From: Candidatus Latescibacterota bacterium
GTDB lineage: Bacteria; Latescibacterota; UBA2968; UBA8231
DNA: 64,000 bases
Direction of reading: 5' to 3'
NCBI GenBank assembly: GCA_965203175.1
Contig: OZ241867.1
Location: 6,144,001 to 6,208,000 of the forward strand
The notes beneath the pieces are model-generated. The model was given only the letters and a program-made list of their open reading frames with translations. It did no database searches and was not told the DNA's origin. Of this stretch, positions 48,500 to 57,443 are shown one piece after another; within the stretch, counting starts at the first letter, position 1, and every line of letters starts with the position of its first letter. Both the position numbers and the translations under genes were made by a program.

Positions 48500-49639
48500 A
48501 TGTACTGGGCAATAGTCTGTTCCCTCTGTGTAGGAGTGGTGGCTTGTTCGGATAGCGCACTGACACGACCAGAAGCCAACGATGGCGGTGAGGCCTCTTT
48601 CTTTATTAGAAGCAAAGTCGTCGCTGCTACCTTGTCGCGTGCTGAGGTAGTTATAACGGGGTCAAATATGGATGAGATACGTCAAGACTTGACCATTGAT
48701 GGAGACGTGATTACTGGAATTGTACAAAACATACCCGCCGGGGAAGAACGCCGTTTCGTCCTGAATGGATACGATTCCTCTGGCAACTTAGCCTATAGTG
48801 GATCGGCAATTGCCAACGTAGTTGCCGGAGAGCAGGTAACGGTCAGAATTACAATGAGAAAGCAGGGAGACAAGATATATTGGACGACCAGTAGCCGCAT
48901 TCGCCGTGCCAACTTAGACGGCTTACAAACCGAAGACCTCGTCACTACCCGAGGTGGGCTAAGGGGGTTGGTCTTAGATGTGAGCAGCAGCAAGATGTAT
49001 TGGACCGAGCAAACCGCGGACAAGATTCGCCGTGCCAACCTCGACGGCTCGCAAATCGAAGACCTTGTTATCAACCTAGAAAACCCAGTGGGGCCGGTCT
49101 TAGATATGGGCGATAGCAAGATGTATTGGATAGAGACGGGTAAGATTCGCCGTGCCAACTTAGACGGCTCGCAAATCGAAGACCTCATCACTACCGGACT
49201 GAGTGAGCCAGCGGGACTAGCCTTAGATGTGAGCAGCAGCAAGATGTATTGGACTGACCAAGGCACGAGTAAGATTCAACGCGCCAACCTCGACGGCTCA
49301 CAAATCGAAAATCTCGTCATCACCGGACTGAGTGAGCCAGCGGGACTAGCCTTAGATGTGAGCAGCAGCAAGATGTATTGGACCGAGCAAATCGCGGACA
49401 AGATTCAACGTGCCAACCTCGACGGCTCGCAAATCGAAGACCTTGTTATCAACCAGAATAAGGTGGATGGTCCTAGGGCACTGATCCTGGATGTGGACGA
49501 CGGCAAAATGTATTGGATAGACCAGCACGGGAGCAGCATTCGCCGTGCCAACTTAGACGGCTCACAAATCGAAGACCTCATCACCGGACTGTCATCCCTA
49601 TCGGGGCTAGCTTTAGATGTGATCAGTAGGGATCAGTAA
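48500..49639 (+). CDS. Lipoprotein with LDL-receptor class B (YWTD) beta-propeller repeats
   Basis: Lipobox VVAC; six KMYW(T/I)(D/E)...KI(R/Q)RANLDGSQIEDL...GLALD units, also visible as DNA repeats. Confidence 0.9.
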   Translation: MYWAIVCSLCVGVVACSDSALTRPEANDGGEASFFIRSKVVAATLSRAEVVITGSNMDEIRQDLTIDGDVITGIVQNIPAGEERRFVLNGYDSSGNLAYSGSAIANVVAGEQVTVRITMRKQGDKIYWTTSSRIRRANLDGLQTEDLVTTRGGLRGLVLDVSSSKMYWTEQTADKIRRANLDGSQIEDLVINLENPVGPVLDMGDSKMYWIETGKIRRANLDGSQIEDLITTGLSEPAGLALDVSSSKMYWTDQGTSKIQRANLDGSQIENLVITGLSEPAGLALDVSSSKMYWTEQIADKIQRANLDGSQIEDLVINQNKVDGPRALILDVDDGKMYWIDQHGSSIRRANLDGSQIEDLITGLSSLSGLALDVISRDQ

Positions 49640-49740
49640 ATGCCGCACCGTTACGAGGCGTTGTGAATGCGGCATGGCATCGATATTATGTCGCTCCTGC
49701 CTTAATTTCCTTGCTGTTGCCACACTAAAAGGAAACCATC

Positions 49741-50730
49741 ATGCCACGCTCAGCCGAAACAGGGCGTCGCTCATTAAGCACAACGGAGCGGATAGTGGTA
49801 ATTGTGGGAATGCTCTGTTTACTGGTTGTAATTATTGTAGCGAATGAGTCCCACAAGAAAAGGGAGGCGGAACGATTAGCCGAACGCGAGCGCCAAGTTC
49901 AAGAACAAAAAGAAAGGGAGGCAGAGCGAGCAGCAGCCCTCAAGCGCCAAGTCCAAAAACAAAAAGAAGCATCCAACATGCGCCAACTCGCCCAAGCTAG
50001 AGCCCTAGTCGATTCAGGGCAATTCAAGCCAGCCTATAAGATGATGATAGAGCTTCCAGACTCCCTTGTAAGGCATGAAAGAGAAGACATAAGAAAACGC
50101 GCACTTCGCCAAGCCCTTGTTGCCCTTGATATCGAAACCGCTAACGCGCTACTGGCAGCCTCTCGGACTCAAGATTCCTCATATGTCCAAGCTGTCCAAG
50201 CCCTTGACGCCTACTCTAGCATAGATAAGAAGTTACATGAGATACACCGTGATACACTCTATTTATCAGAAGAGATACCTCGGTTAAGAGAAGAACTTCG
50301 TAGCCGTCGTAAGACAACAGGATACATTGTGAAGAGATTCGCCGATGACCTCTATGAATGCCGATATACCGGCTTAACTAGTTCTGATTTCTGGCTGAGG
50401 GGGGCACAGCCGAGAATACTCAATGAGATATTCTTGCTTGTAACTGTACAGACGGCCTTTACCTCAAAAGGGCATTTTGCTCTCTATCTAAAAGAGGGGG
50501 GTACCCGGACTATCGAAACGGTTGATGGATTTACTAAAACAGTTGATGTGCTCATTGAGGACACAGAAGCAGAAAGTGAAATCGAGCAGGACAAAGCTTG
50601 GCTAAAAGAAGCGCAGGGAGAGTGGAAACAAATGAGAGAGAAGATTCTCCAAATTAAAAAAAGTAAACGCGAAGCGTGTAAACAACTTATGAAGGCCACC
50701 CGCGTTTTAGGGTTGTCAACTAAGTGTTGA
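49741..50730 (+). CDS. Hypothetical membrane-anchored coiled-coil protein
   Basis: AAGGA RBS; one N-terminal TM; charged helical segments; lower GC than the flanks. Confidence 0.7.
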   Translation: MPRSAETGRRSLSTTERIVVIVGMLCLLVVIIVANESHKKREAERLAERERQVQEQKEREAERAAALKRQVQKQKEASNMRQLAQARALVDSGQFKPAYKMMIELPDSLVRHEREDIRKRALRQALVALDIETANALLAASRTQDSSYVQAVQALDAYSSIDKKLHEIHRDTLYLSEEIPRLREELRSRRKTTGYIVKRFADDLYECRYTGLTSSDFWLRGAQPRILNEIFLLVTVQTAFTSKGHFALYLKEGGTRTIETVDGFTKTVDVLIEDTEAESEIEQDKAWLKEAQGEWKQMREKILQIKKSKREACKQLMKATRVLGLSTKC

Positions 50731-50811
50731 CGAGGGCATTTTGAATACAAAACGGATTGGTTGTCTTGCCTTGTCTATTATCCTCGTCTTGGGTTTGTTG
50801 GACGTGATTAT

Positions 50812-50851
50812 GGCCCTACGGCCGAACTGTACACCCACCAAGTCGAAGGCA
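50812..50851 (+). repeat. Third, more degenerate copy of the helicase 5' segment
   Basis: GGCCCTA-CGGCCGAACTGTACACCCACCAAGTCGAAGGCA versus GGCCCTAGCCGCCGGACTGTATGCCCATCAGGTCGAGGGCA (ELYTHQVEG vs GLYAHQVEG). Confidence 0.65.
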
Positions 50852-50887
50852 GCACCTGATTGGGAGTAAACCCATCGTTTTTATCTA

Positions 50888-50916
50888 TTGACGCCGTAGA
50901 GGGGTATCCATATGCT
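50888..50916 (+). promoter_or_regulatory. Sigma70 promoter upstream of the Xre-RES module
   Basis: TTGACG (50888-50893), 17-nt spacer, TATGCT (50911-50916). Confidence 0.6.
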
Positions 50917-51020
50917 CACTATTCGACCCGTTTCTTTGCATAAGGGGGGCCTATGACCGCCTCGCAAAGCAGCCCGACAGGGGTTGTCAGACGGTTTCTA
51001 ACAAAATACGAGGTATCGTC

Positions 51021-51371
51021 ATGCAGTTTGAAGAATTCGTCGAAGATCGGGTGTTCTCGCCGACGCTCGTCGCGAATGCGTTGCATACGACCCAGGCCGA
51101 AATTGCCGGTACGCTAGGGCTTGGCCGCGATGCCTTTTCGTGCGCCTCACAGATCCGAGCGCAGAAGACGCAGACGCGACTGCGGCAGATGCTGGAGATC
51201 CTCCACCGAATTGAAGCTCAAACCGGTTCCGAACTGGCCGCTTATGCTTGGTTCCGTGCGGAGCCTTTGCCGGGCTTTGGCGGCCTAACACCCGACCAAC
51301 TTCTGCGGGAAGGCCGTGCAGACCAAGTGCATGCTCATCTCGACCGGATCGTCGCTGGTGGTTATGCCTGA
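51021..51371 (+). CDS. Xre/MbcA/ParS-type antitoxin (DUF2384)
   Basis: AYAWFRAEPLPGFGGLTPDQLLREGR...GGYA; TGATG overlap with the RES gene. Confidence 0.88.
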   Translation: MQFEEFVEDRVFSPTLVANALHTTQAEIAGTLGLGRDAFSCASQIRAQKTQTRLRQMLEILHRIEAQTGSELAAYAWFRAEPLPGFGGLTPDQLLREGRADQVHAHLDRIVAGGYA

Positions 51372-51892
51372 TGCGGTTCCAAGGGTTCGTGTACCGTGCA
51401 CACAACCCGCACTGGTCTTGGTCGCCGCTCTCGGGAGAGGGAGCGCGTCTTCATGGTGGTCGGTTTAACCGGATCGGTGTTCCCGCTCTCTATACATCTC
51501 TGTCGCCGGTTACCGCCATAAGAGAGGCGAGTCCATTGGGGCGACCAATGCAGCCGATCGTGCTGTGTTCCTACGAAGTGGATGCCGAGCCGATATTCGA
51601 TGCCACGAACTCGTTCCAGCGGGCCGCCCACTTTGTGACCGATTTTGAACTTAGCTGCCCAAATTGGGAACGAGAAATGCTGGACGGTGCAACCCCGGCA
51701 TCCCACACGCTAGCGGATCGCCTAATCGCGGCTGGCTATTTGGGAATGCGCGTCCAGAGCTTCGCGCTAGGGACCGAAGCCGATGATCTCAACTTAGTGT
51801 TCTGGCACTGGAGCGATCGTCGGCCGAGCCGCGTCGTGGTGATTGACGCCGAGGGGCGTCTTCTCAAGAATCCATCATCACCTACGAACTGA
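51371..51892 (+). CDS. RES domain toxin (NAD+-targeting family)
   Basis: VYRAH, SGEGARLHGGRFN, ALYTSLS..TAIRE, VQSFA, NLVFW. Confidence 0.9.
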   Translation: MRFQGFVYRAHNPHWSWSPLSGEGARLHGGRFNRIGVPALYTSLSPVTAIREASPLGRPMQPIVLCSYEVDAEPIFDATNSFQRAAHFVTDFELSCPNWEREMLDGATPASHTLADRLIAAGYLGMRVQSFALGTEADDLNLVFWHWSDRRPSRVVVIDAEGRLLKNPSSPTN

Positions 51893-52029
51893 CGTTACGT
51901 AACCTCTGCCTTCGTAGGACAGACTCTTACGCCCACTTGGTTGGAGCAGGTATCCAGCAATGCTTGTTTGTAGACAAGGCGCTGGCCTGAGTAGCGTTCA
52001 AAGAGACATCCCCACGCAACCGAGCATCT

Positions 52030-53784
52030 ATGAGCACGGCACAACAACAGGCCGAGGCCCTAGCCGCCGGACTGTATGCCCATCAGGTCGAGGGCATTGC
52101 CTTCTTGTTGGGCCGCCAGCGGGCGATTCTCGCCGACGACATGGGGCTGGGCAAGACGCGGCAGTCCGTGCTGGCCATGCGCCAAGCCCGACCCGAAGGG
52201 CCTTATCTAGTCGTCTGCCCGGCAGCAGTCAAAATCAACTGGGCGCGCGAGATCAAGTTGGTGCTGCCGACGGCAGAAATCGCCATCGTCGGCCCCGCAC
52301 CCGCGCCTGAGCCCGGCTACACCGGCTGGGTCATCATCAACTACGACATCCTCGCCAAACACCCACTGGCGGAACACGCTTGGAGTGGCCTAGTCTTCGA
52401 CGAGGCCCACTATCTCAAAAACTACCGCAGCCAGCGGCACCGCCTGTCCATGGACTTGGTCAAGGCCGTCGATGACGAGGCGGTGATCCACCTTTTGACC
52501 GGCACGCCGTTGACGAGCCGGCCGCGCGATCTCTTCCCCTTGTTGCAATTGGCGCGCCACGCGCTCGGGCGTTCGTTCGTCTCGTTCGCCAAGCGCTATT
52601 GCGACGCGTACAAGGGCGAATACGGCTGGGTCGCCGACGGAGCCTCTAATATCGAAGAGCTGACCGTGCAGTTGCACGGCATCATGCTGCGCCGCACCAA
52701 GGCCGAGGTCCTCGACCTGCCGCCCAAGATCCGCAGTTGGCTCGACGTGGAGGTCGCCAGCCGGGTAGCGCGCGACATGAGCGAGGCCGTGACAGAACTG
52801 TTGCAGACCATCTCGCGCCGGGGCCAAGCCAAGCTAGCCGACGAGACCGAGACCGAGCGCCGCTCGCGCCAAGGCTGGATCATGGGCCAGCTAACCACCG
52901 CGCGCAACCGCTTGGCCATCGCCAAGGTCCGCAGCACGATCCCCTTCGTCGAAAACGCGCTCGAACAGGGCGAGAAGGTCCTAGTCTTCTCGTGTTTTCT
53001 CGCGCCCGTCAACACGCTGCGCAAGCACTTCGGCCAAAAGGCCGTAGCCATCACCGGCGAAGTGCCCGCTAGTGAGCGGCAACAACTAGCCGACCGCTTT
53101 CAGGAGGACGACTCCGTGCAGATACTAGCCGCGCAGATTACCGCCGGAGGCGTTGGGCTCAACCTCACGGCGGCGCGGCAGGTGGTCTTCAACGATCTCG
53201 ACTGGGTGCCGGTCAATCACTGGCAAGCCGAGGACCGGGCCTACCGCATCGGGCAACAGCAAGCCGTCAACGTCACCTACATGGTCGGCAGCAACACGAT
53301 CGACGAATTCGTCAAGACAGTCCTCGAGACCAAGTCGACGCTGATCGACCAACTAGTCGAAGGCAGCGCCTTACCCGGAGATTTCCAGCGCGACGTGATG
53401 GACGAGTTGCGGCGGGTAATGGAGGTGCTGCCCGAACTGCCCACTGGTGCAATGGACGAGCAGCAAGTGGCGGAACTCTTGCGCGAGGCCGGGACGGCTT
53501 TTGTCGCCGCGCAGCCCTCCGTCGAGTCGGAAACCAAGTCGCGCTTGCCGTCAGCCGAGGCCGTGCGCGTGTTGGCGCGGGTGTTGGCAGGGCCAAAGCG
53601 AGCGCTGTACCGAGTGGACAGTTCGTCGAAGCCGGGGGCGTTCTACGAATTGGAGGTAGAGGGAAACGACATAAGTTGTAGCTGTAAGGGATTTTCTTAT
53701 CGAGGAATTTGTCAACATGCGCGGGCGCTAAAAGAGGCATTGGTCAAGGGGGAGGGATTGCCGGAGGGATTCGTCGAAGTTTGA
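52030..53784 (+). CDS. SNF2-family helicase/ATPase with C-terminal SWIM zinc finger
   Basis: LADDMGLGKT, DEAH, LTGTP, LRRTK, GGVGLNL, QAEDRAYRIGQ; CSCKGFSYRGICQH. Confidence 0.92.
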   Translation: MSTAQQQAEALAAGLYAHQVEGIAFLLGRQRAILADDMGLGKTRQSVLAMRQARPEGPYLVVCPAAVKINWAREIKLVLPTAEIAIVGPAPAPEPGYTGWVIINYDILAKHPLAEHAWSGLVFDEAHYLKNYRSQRHRLSMDLVKAVDDEAVIHLLTGTPLTSRPRDLFPLLQLARHALGRSFVSFAKRYCDAYKGEYGWVADGASNIEELTVQLHGIMLRRTKAEVLDLPPKIRSWLDVEVASRVARDMSEAVTELLQTISRRGQAKLADETETERRSRQGWIMGQLTTARNRLAIAKVRSTIPFVENALEQGEKVLVFSCFLAPVNTLRKHFGQKAVAITGEVPASERQQLADRFQEDDSVQILAAQITAGGVGLNLTAARQVVFNDLDWVPVNHWQAEDRAYRIGQQQAVNVTYMVGSNTIDEFVKTVLETKSTLIDQLVEGSALPGDFQRDVMDELRRVMEVLPELPTGAMDEQQVAELLREAGTAFVAAQPSVESETKSRLPSAEAVRVLARVLAGPKRALYRVDSSSKPGAFYELEVEGNDISCSCKGFSYRGICQHARALKEALVKGEGLPEGFVEV

Positions 53785-53901
53785 CAAGTTCGGACGAACT
53801 GTTCCGATCCGATAAGCAACTTTCTGTATGGAAGTTTTTAGAGACGCTGGACTTGGATATATTGATTGCCATCCCCATCAACTTCTACAAGGAGCCTGTC
53901 C

Positions 53902-54546
53902 ATGGCCTTTGAAATTTTCGACTTCCGCAAAGAGGAACACATCAAAAACCTCCTCGTCACTCCGCACATCCGCTCCCGCTTTCTGCGCATGCAGCCGGGC
54001 GACGTGGCCGGCCTGCACAGCCACGACCTCGGTCACGAGATCTTCCTCATCCTGCAAGGCCGCTGCGCCTTCCACATCGCCGGCAGCGAACAGGAGCTGT
54101 GCGCGGGCCAGCTCTGCGTTGCCCTCGCCGACGAAATCCATCAGGTGCGGGTCGTCGGCGATGAACCCATGGTCATGTACCTATCGGTCACGCCCCACAT
54201 CCAACCGACCCACACCGGCCGCGACCCCGACGGTACCCGCCATCCAACCCGCTTCCAGCTTTCCAGCTCGTACGACGTGGAGACGGATACCGACACGCCC
54301 ATCGACGAACTCATCGACAAATTCACGACCGCAACTGACGATTTGGCCCGCGCCGCCAGCGACCAAGCGACTGCCCAAGCAGCAAGAAGCGACCAACTCA
54401 AGGCAGCTCTCGCGGCTGGCGACGAAGCACAGGCCACCGAGTTACGCGAAGCCATGTGGCAAGACGTGTACCAGAGCTTCAAGCGGGCCCACGCACTGGC
54501 TGATGTGTGGAATGACTTGACGCCTCGCGTCGGGAAGGTAGGTTGA
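53902..54546 (+). CDS. Cupin domain protein
   Basis: AAGGAG RBS; HSHDLGHEIFLILQG...EIHQV. Confidence 0.85.
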   Translation: MAFEIFDFRKEEHIKNLLVTPHIRSRFLRMQPGDVAGLHSHDLGHEIFLILQGRCAFHIAGSEQELCAGQLCVALADEIHQVRVVGDEPMVMYLSVTPHIQPTHTGRDPDGTRHPTRFQLSSSYDVETDTDTPIDELIDKFTTATDDLARAASDQATAQAARSDQLKAALAAGDEAQATELREAMWQDVYQSFKRAHALADVWNDLTPRVGKVG

Positions 54547-54547
54547 C

Positions 54548-55621
54548 ATGGCCCCTATCCGCATCGGCATCGTCGGCTGCGGTGCCGTCGCCCAAGTCCA
54601 GCACCTGCCCAACCTCACCGCGCTCAAGGACCTGTTCTCCGTCGAGATGGTTTGCGACATCTCGCCGAGCTTGGTGCAGACCGTAGCGCAGGAATTTCAC
54701 GTACCGCACCACACCGACGACTGGCGCGCACTGCTCGCTGCCGATCTCGACGCCGTACTCTTGTGCCACACCGATCCCAAAACCGAGATCGCCGTCGCCG
54801 CCTTTGAGGCCGGCAAACACGTCTTCGTCGAAAAGCCGATCTGCTTCTCCCTCCAAGAGGCTGACCGGATCATTGCCGCTCGGCAGGCGGCTGGCACCGT
54901 TGGCTTAGCTGGTTACATGAAAGTGTACGACCCGGCCTTTGAGGCCGCGGCCCGCGCTGCCGCTGACATGGCCGCGATCCGCTTCGTCCAGATCCACCAT
55001 CTGCACACCAACAACTCACATCACCTTGCGCACTTCCGCCTACACCGCACCGACGACATACCCGCTGATGCCGTCGAGCAAACGAGTGCGGCCCGCGCTG
55101 CAGCCGTGCGCGAGGCCATCGGCGAGGTCCCCGCCGACGTACAGTCTGCCTTTGGCTGCCTCTCCGGCAGCATGATCCACGACATCTACGGCCTGCGCGC
55201 CATCATGGGCATGCCCGAAAAAGTCTCCAGCACCGATATCTGGTACGAAGGCTGGGGCGTCAGCACCATGCTCGCTTACGCCAACGGCGCGCGCTGTGCG
55301 GCAACCTGGGTCGAGCTAAAGGACGTGCGCGACTTCAAAGAAACCCTCGAAGTCTGCGGTGACGACCGCCGCGTGTTGCTCTCTTATCCGACCGGCTTCT
55401 CGCGGGGCATCCTCTCCACCTTGGAGATTCAGACCCTCGACGAGGCCGGCGAGGCCATCACCCACCGCCCAGCCATCGCGTGGGAAGGCCCCTTCGTCCG
55501 CGAACTGAAGCACTTCCACGCCTGCATCACCGAAGGTGCGCAGCCGCGTACTCCCTTGGAAGAGGCCCGCTGCGACATCGCCCTGATCATCGACATCATC
55601 AAAGCCTATACAGACCGCTAA
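54548..55621 (+). CDS. Gfo/Idh/MocA family oxidoreductase
   Basis: IGIVGCGAVA, GKHVFVEKP, MIHD. Confidence 0.92.
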   Translation: MAPIRIGIVGCGAVAQVQHLPNLTALKDLFSVEMVCDISPSLVQTVAQEFHVPHHTDDWRALLAADLDAVLLCHTDPKTEIAVAAFEAGKHVFVEKPICFSLQEADRIIAARQAAGTVGLAGYMKVYDPAFEAAARAAADMAAIRFVQIHHLHTNNSHHLAHFRLHRTDDIPADAVEQTSAARAAAVREAIGEVPADVQSAFGCLSGSMIHDIYGLRAIMGMPEKVSSTDIWYEGWGVSTMLAYANGARCAATWVELKDVRDFKETLEVCGDDRRVLLSYPTGFSRGILSTLEIQTLDEAGEAITHRPAIAWEGPFVRELKHFHACITEGAQPRTPLEEARCDIALIIDIIKAYTDR

Positions 55622-55634
55622 CAAAGGAAGCAAC

Positions 55635-57212
55635 ATGGCCCCCAAGCCCAAAGCACCACCCATCATCTTCACTGACGACGGCTGGATTTTCACGGCCGAG
55701 GAAAACGTCTCGGTCGCCGACCTCAAAGAGAAAATCGTCGATGGCTATGCTGGCACCGGCGGCGCGCTCTGGTGGAGCACGGGCGATCACGAAGTCTATC
55801 AGTTCGAGACGGAGATTGGCGAGAAATTCGGCGACGACCGCAGCGACCTCGACGCAACAGCCCCTTCTTTCGTCCACTCGGCCACGCCCGGCGTCGAGGA
55901 GCGGATCGCCGCCAATTTACGGGGCCTGATCTCCGAGTGCGGCGGACCATTGACCGCGCTCTCGGGACTGTGCCAAGAGGCGGAGATCCCCTTTTTCCCG
56001 CGCGTGCGCATGAACAGCCATTACGTGATCGATCCGTCCCATCCCGGCTACGGTTGCTTCCGCCGCGAGCAACCCCACCTGCTCATTGGCCGCCCCGGCG
56101 AGGAGTTCCCCGAAAAGTCGGTCGAGTGGGGCATCCGCACCGGTCTCGATTACGCCCACGCCGAGGTGCGCGAGCACATGCGGCGCATAGCCTGCGAGGT
56201 CTTCGAGCGCTTTGACGTCGATGGCATCGAACTCGACTTCATGCGCCATTCGGCCTTCTTCCGCATGGCCGAAGCCACGGCCAACAGCTACCTGATGACC
56301 GATCTGGTGCAAAAGATCAAGGCGCGGCTCGACGAAGTCAGCGCCCAACGGGGCAAGCCATTGCAACTAGCCGTCCGCGTCCCCCCGACCTTGGCAGACT
56401 CGCGGCGCATTGGCCTCGACGTTGACGAGTGGATCGAGACCGGCCTCGTCGATATCGTCGTCGTTGGCGGCGGCTTTATCTCGTTTGAGACTCCGGTCGA
56501 TGAATTCGTCCGCGCCGCGGCCTCCACCCCCTGCCTCATCTATGGCTGCATCGAGGCCACCCGCCACAGCGACCGGCACTTCCTCCGCGCCTTGGCCCTG
56601 CGCTGGCTCACCGACGGGGCCGACGGCATTTACCTGTACAACTTCTACACCATGTCGCCCGAGTGGAACCGCCAAACCGCCGCTGAATTCTCCGACATAG
56701 AAACCCTAAAAAAACTCGACAAATGCTACGAGATCAGCGGCACCATGTCCTTCAGCCCCACGGAGGGCCACAGCGCCGCCTTCCGCTTGGCCCACCCTTC
56801 GACGCCGCTTCCCGTGCCCTTGCCCACCGACAGCCCAAGCTTGGGGCCGACGTTCCGCATCCGCGTCGCCGATGATGTAGCCGATGCCACCGGCGGCTTG
56901 GCCTTGCGTTTGGATCACTTGCCAGCAGAGGACCGCCTCGAAGTCGAACTCAACGGCCGCGCCCTCCTTTGGGATCAGGCCCAAGTTTCCGGCGATGGCT
57001 GGTCGCGCGAGCTGGCAGCACCGCTGTTTTGGGCTAGCTATCCCACCCGTCCGGTCGAGCAAAAAATGGAAGGGGTCAGCGTGGAATTTGCAGTGGATGG
57101 TTCTTTTTTGCGGCAGGGTACTAACGAGATCGCCGTGCGGCTAGTGGCGGGTGAAAAAGATCGCCGCGAGCAAGTGATACTGACCGGCGTCGAATTGGCT
57201 ATTTCTCACTGA
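55635..57212 (+). CDS. Glycoside hydrolase-like family 10 (GHL10-type TIM barrel) protein
   Basis: RMNSH, LDYAHAEVRE, FDVDGIELDFMRH, GLDVDEWI..GLVD, GADGIYLYNF. Confidence 0.7.
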   Translation: MAPKPKAPPIIFTDDGWIFTAEENVSVADLKEKIVDGYAGTGGALWWSTGDHEVYQFETEIGEKFGDDRSDLDATAPSFVHSATPGVEERIAANLRGLISECGGPLTALSGLCQEAEIPFFPRVRMNSHYVIDPSHPGYGCFRREQPHLLIGRPGEEFPEKSVEWGIRTGLDYAHAEVREHMRRIACEVFERFDVDGIELDFMRHSAFFRMAEATANSYLMTDLVQKIKARLDEVSAQRGKPLQLAVRVPPTLADSRRIGLDVDEWIETGLVDIVVVGGGFISFETPVDEFVRAAASTPCLIYGCIEATRHSDRHFLRALALRWLTDGADGIYLYNFYTMSPEWNRQTAAEFSDIETLKKLDKCYEISGTMSFSPTEGHSAAFRLAHPSTPLPVPLPTDSPSLGPTFRIRVADDVADATGGLALRLDHLPAEDRLEVELNGRALLWDQAQVSGDGWSRELAAPLFWASYPTRPVEQKMEGVSVEFAVDGSFLRQGTNEIAVRLVAGEKDRREQVILTGVELAISH

Positions 57213-57260
57213 CGATCAGAATCGATCGCCCTTGCGAATATTTAGGCAAAGGACGAGTTT

Positions 57261-57288
57261 TTGCTCCCAACCCTAGAAAGTTTATACT
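57261..57288 (+). promoter_or_regulatory. Possible sigma70 promoter of the three-gene cassette
   Basis: TTGCTC (57261-57266), 16-nt spacer, TATACT (57283-57288). Confidence 0.5.
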
Positions 57289-57295
57289 AAATTTA

Positions 57296-57398
57296 GCTGA
57301 AGGACTTTCCAGTACACTTACCAGCATCGAATCATCGACGGGGAACCTTTGGCCAGCAAAGTGATTCATAGAGGAAAGTCTCGGTATTTTCAGCCGAG
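57296..57398 (+). ncRNA. Putative structured leader RNA (nested stems)
   Basis: Nested pairings GCTGAA/TTCAGC, GACTTTCC/GGAAAGTC, GAATCAT/GTGATTC, CTTTG/CAAAG; begins ~7 nt after the -10 box. Confidence 0.4.
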
Positions 57399-57443
57399 TT
57401 GAGCGGTCAGGCGCGGTAAATCGACCCTTCTGTTTCTGTACCG

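Noticed and set aside
48141-48550. CRISPR-like array
   Set aside because: The units are contiguous in-frame coding repeats without unique spacers, and there are no cas genes.
49640-49675. Terminator after the YWTD gene (ATGCCGCA...TGCGGCAT)
   Set aside because: 8-bp stem with a 20-nt loop and no U-tract; too weak to call.
57371-57381. RNase P RNA (GAGGAAAGTC motif)
   Set aside because: The next base breaks the GAGGAAAGTCC consensus, no 3' P4 partner is seen, and a CDS starts ~60 nt later.
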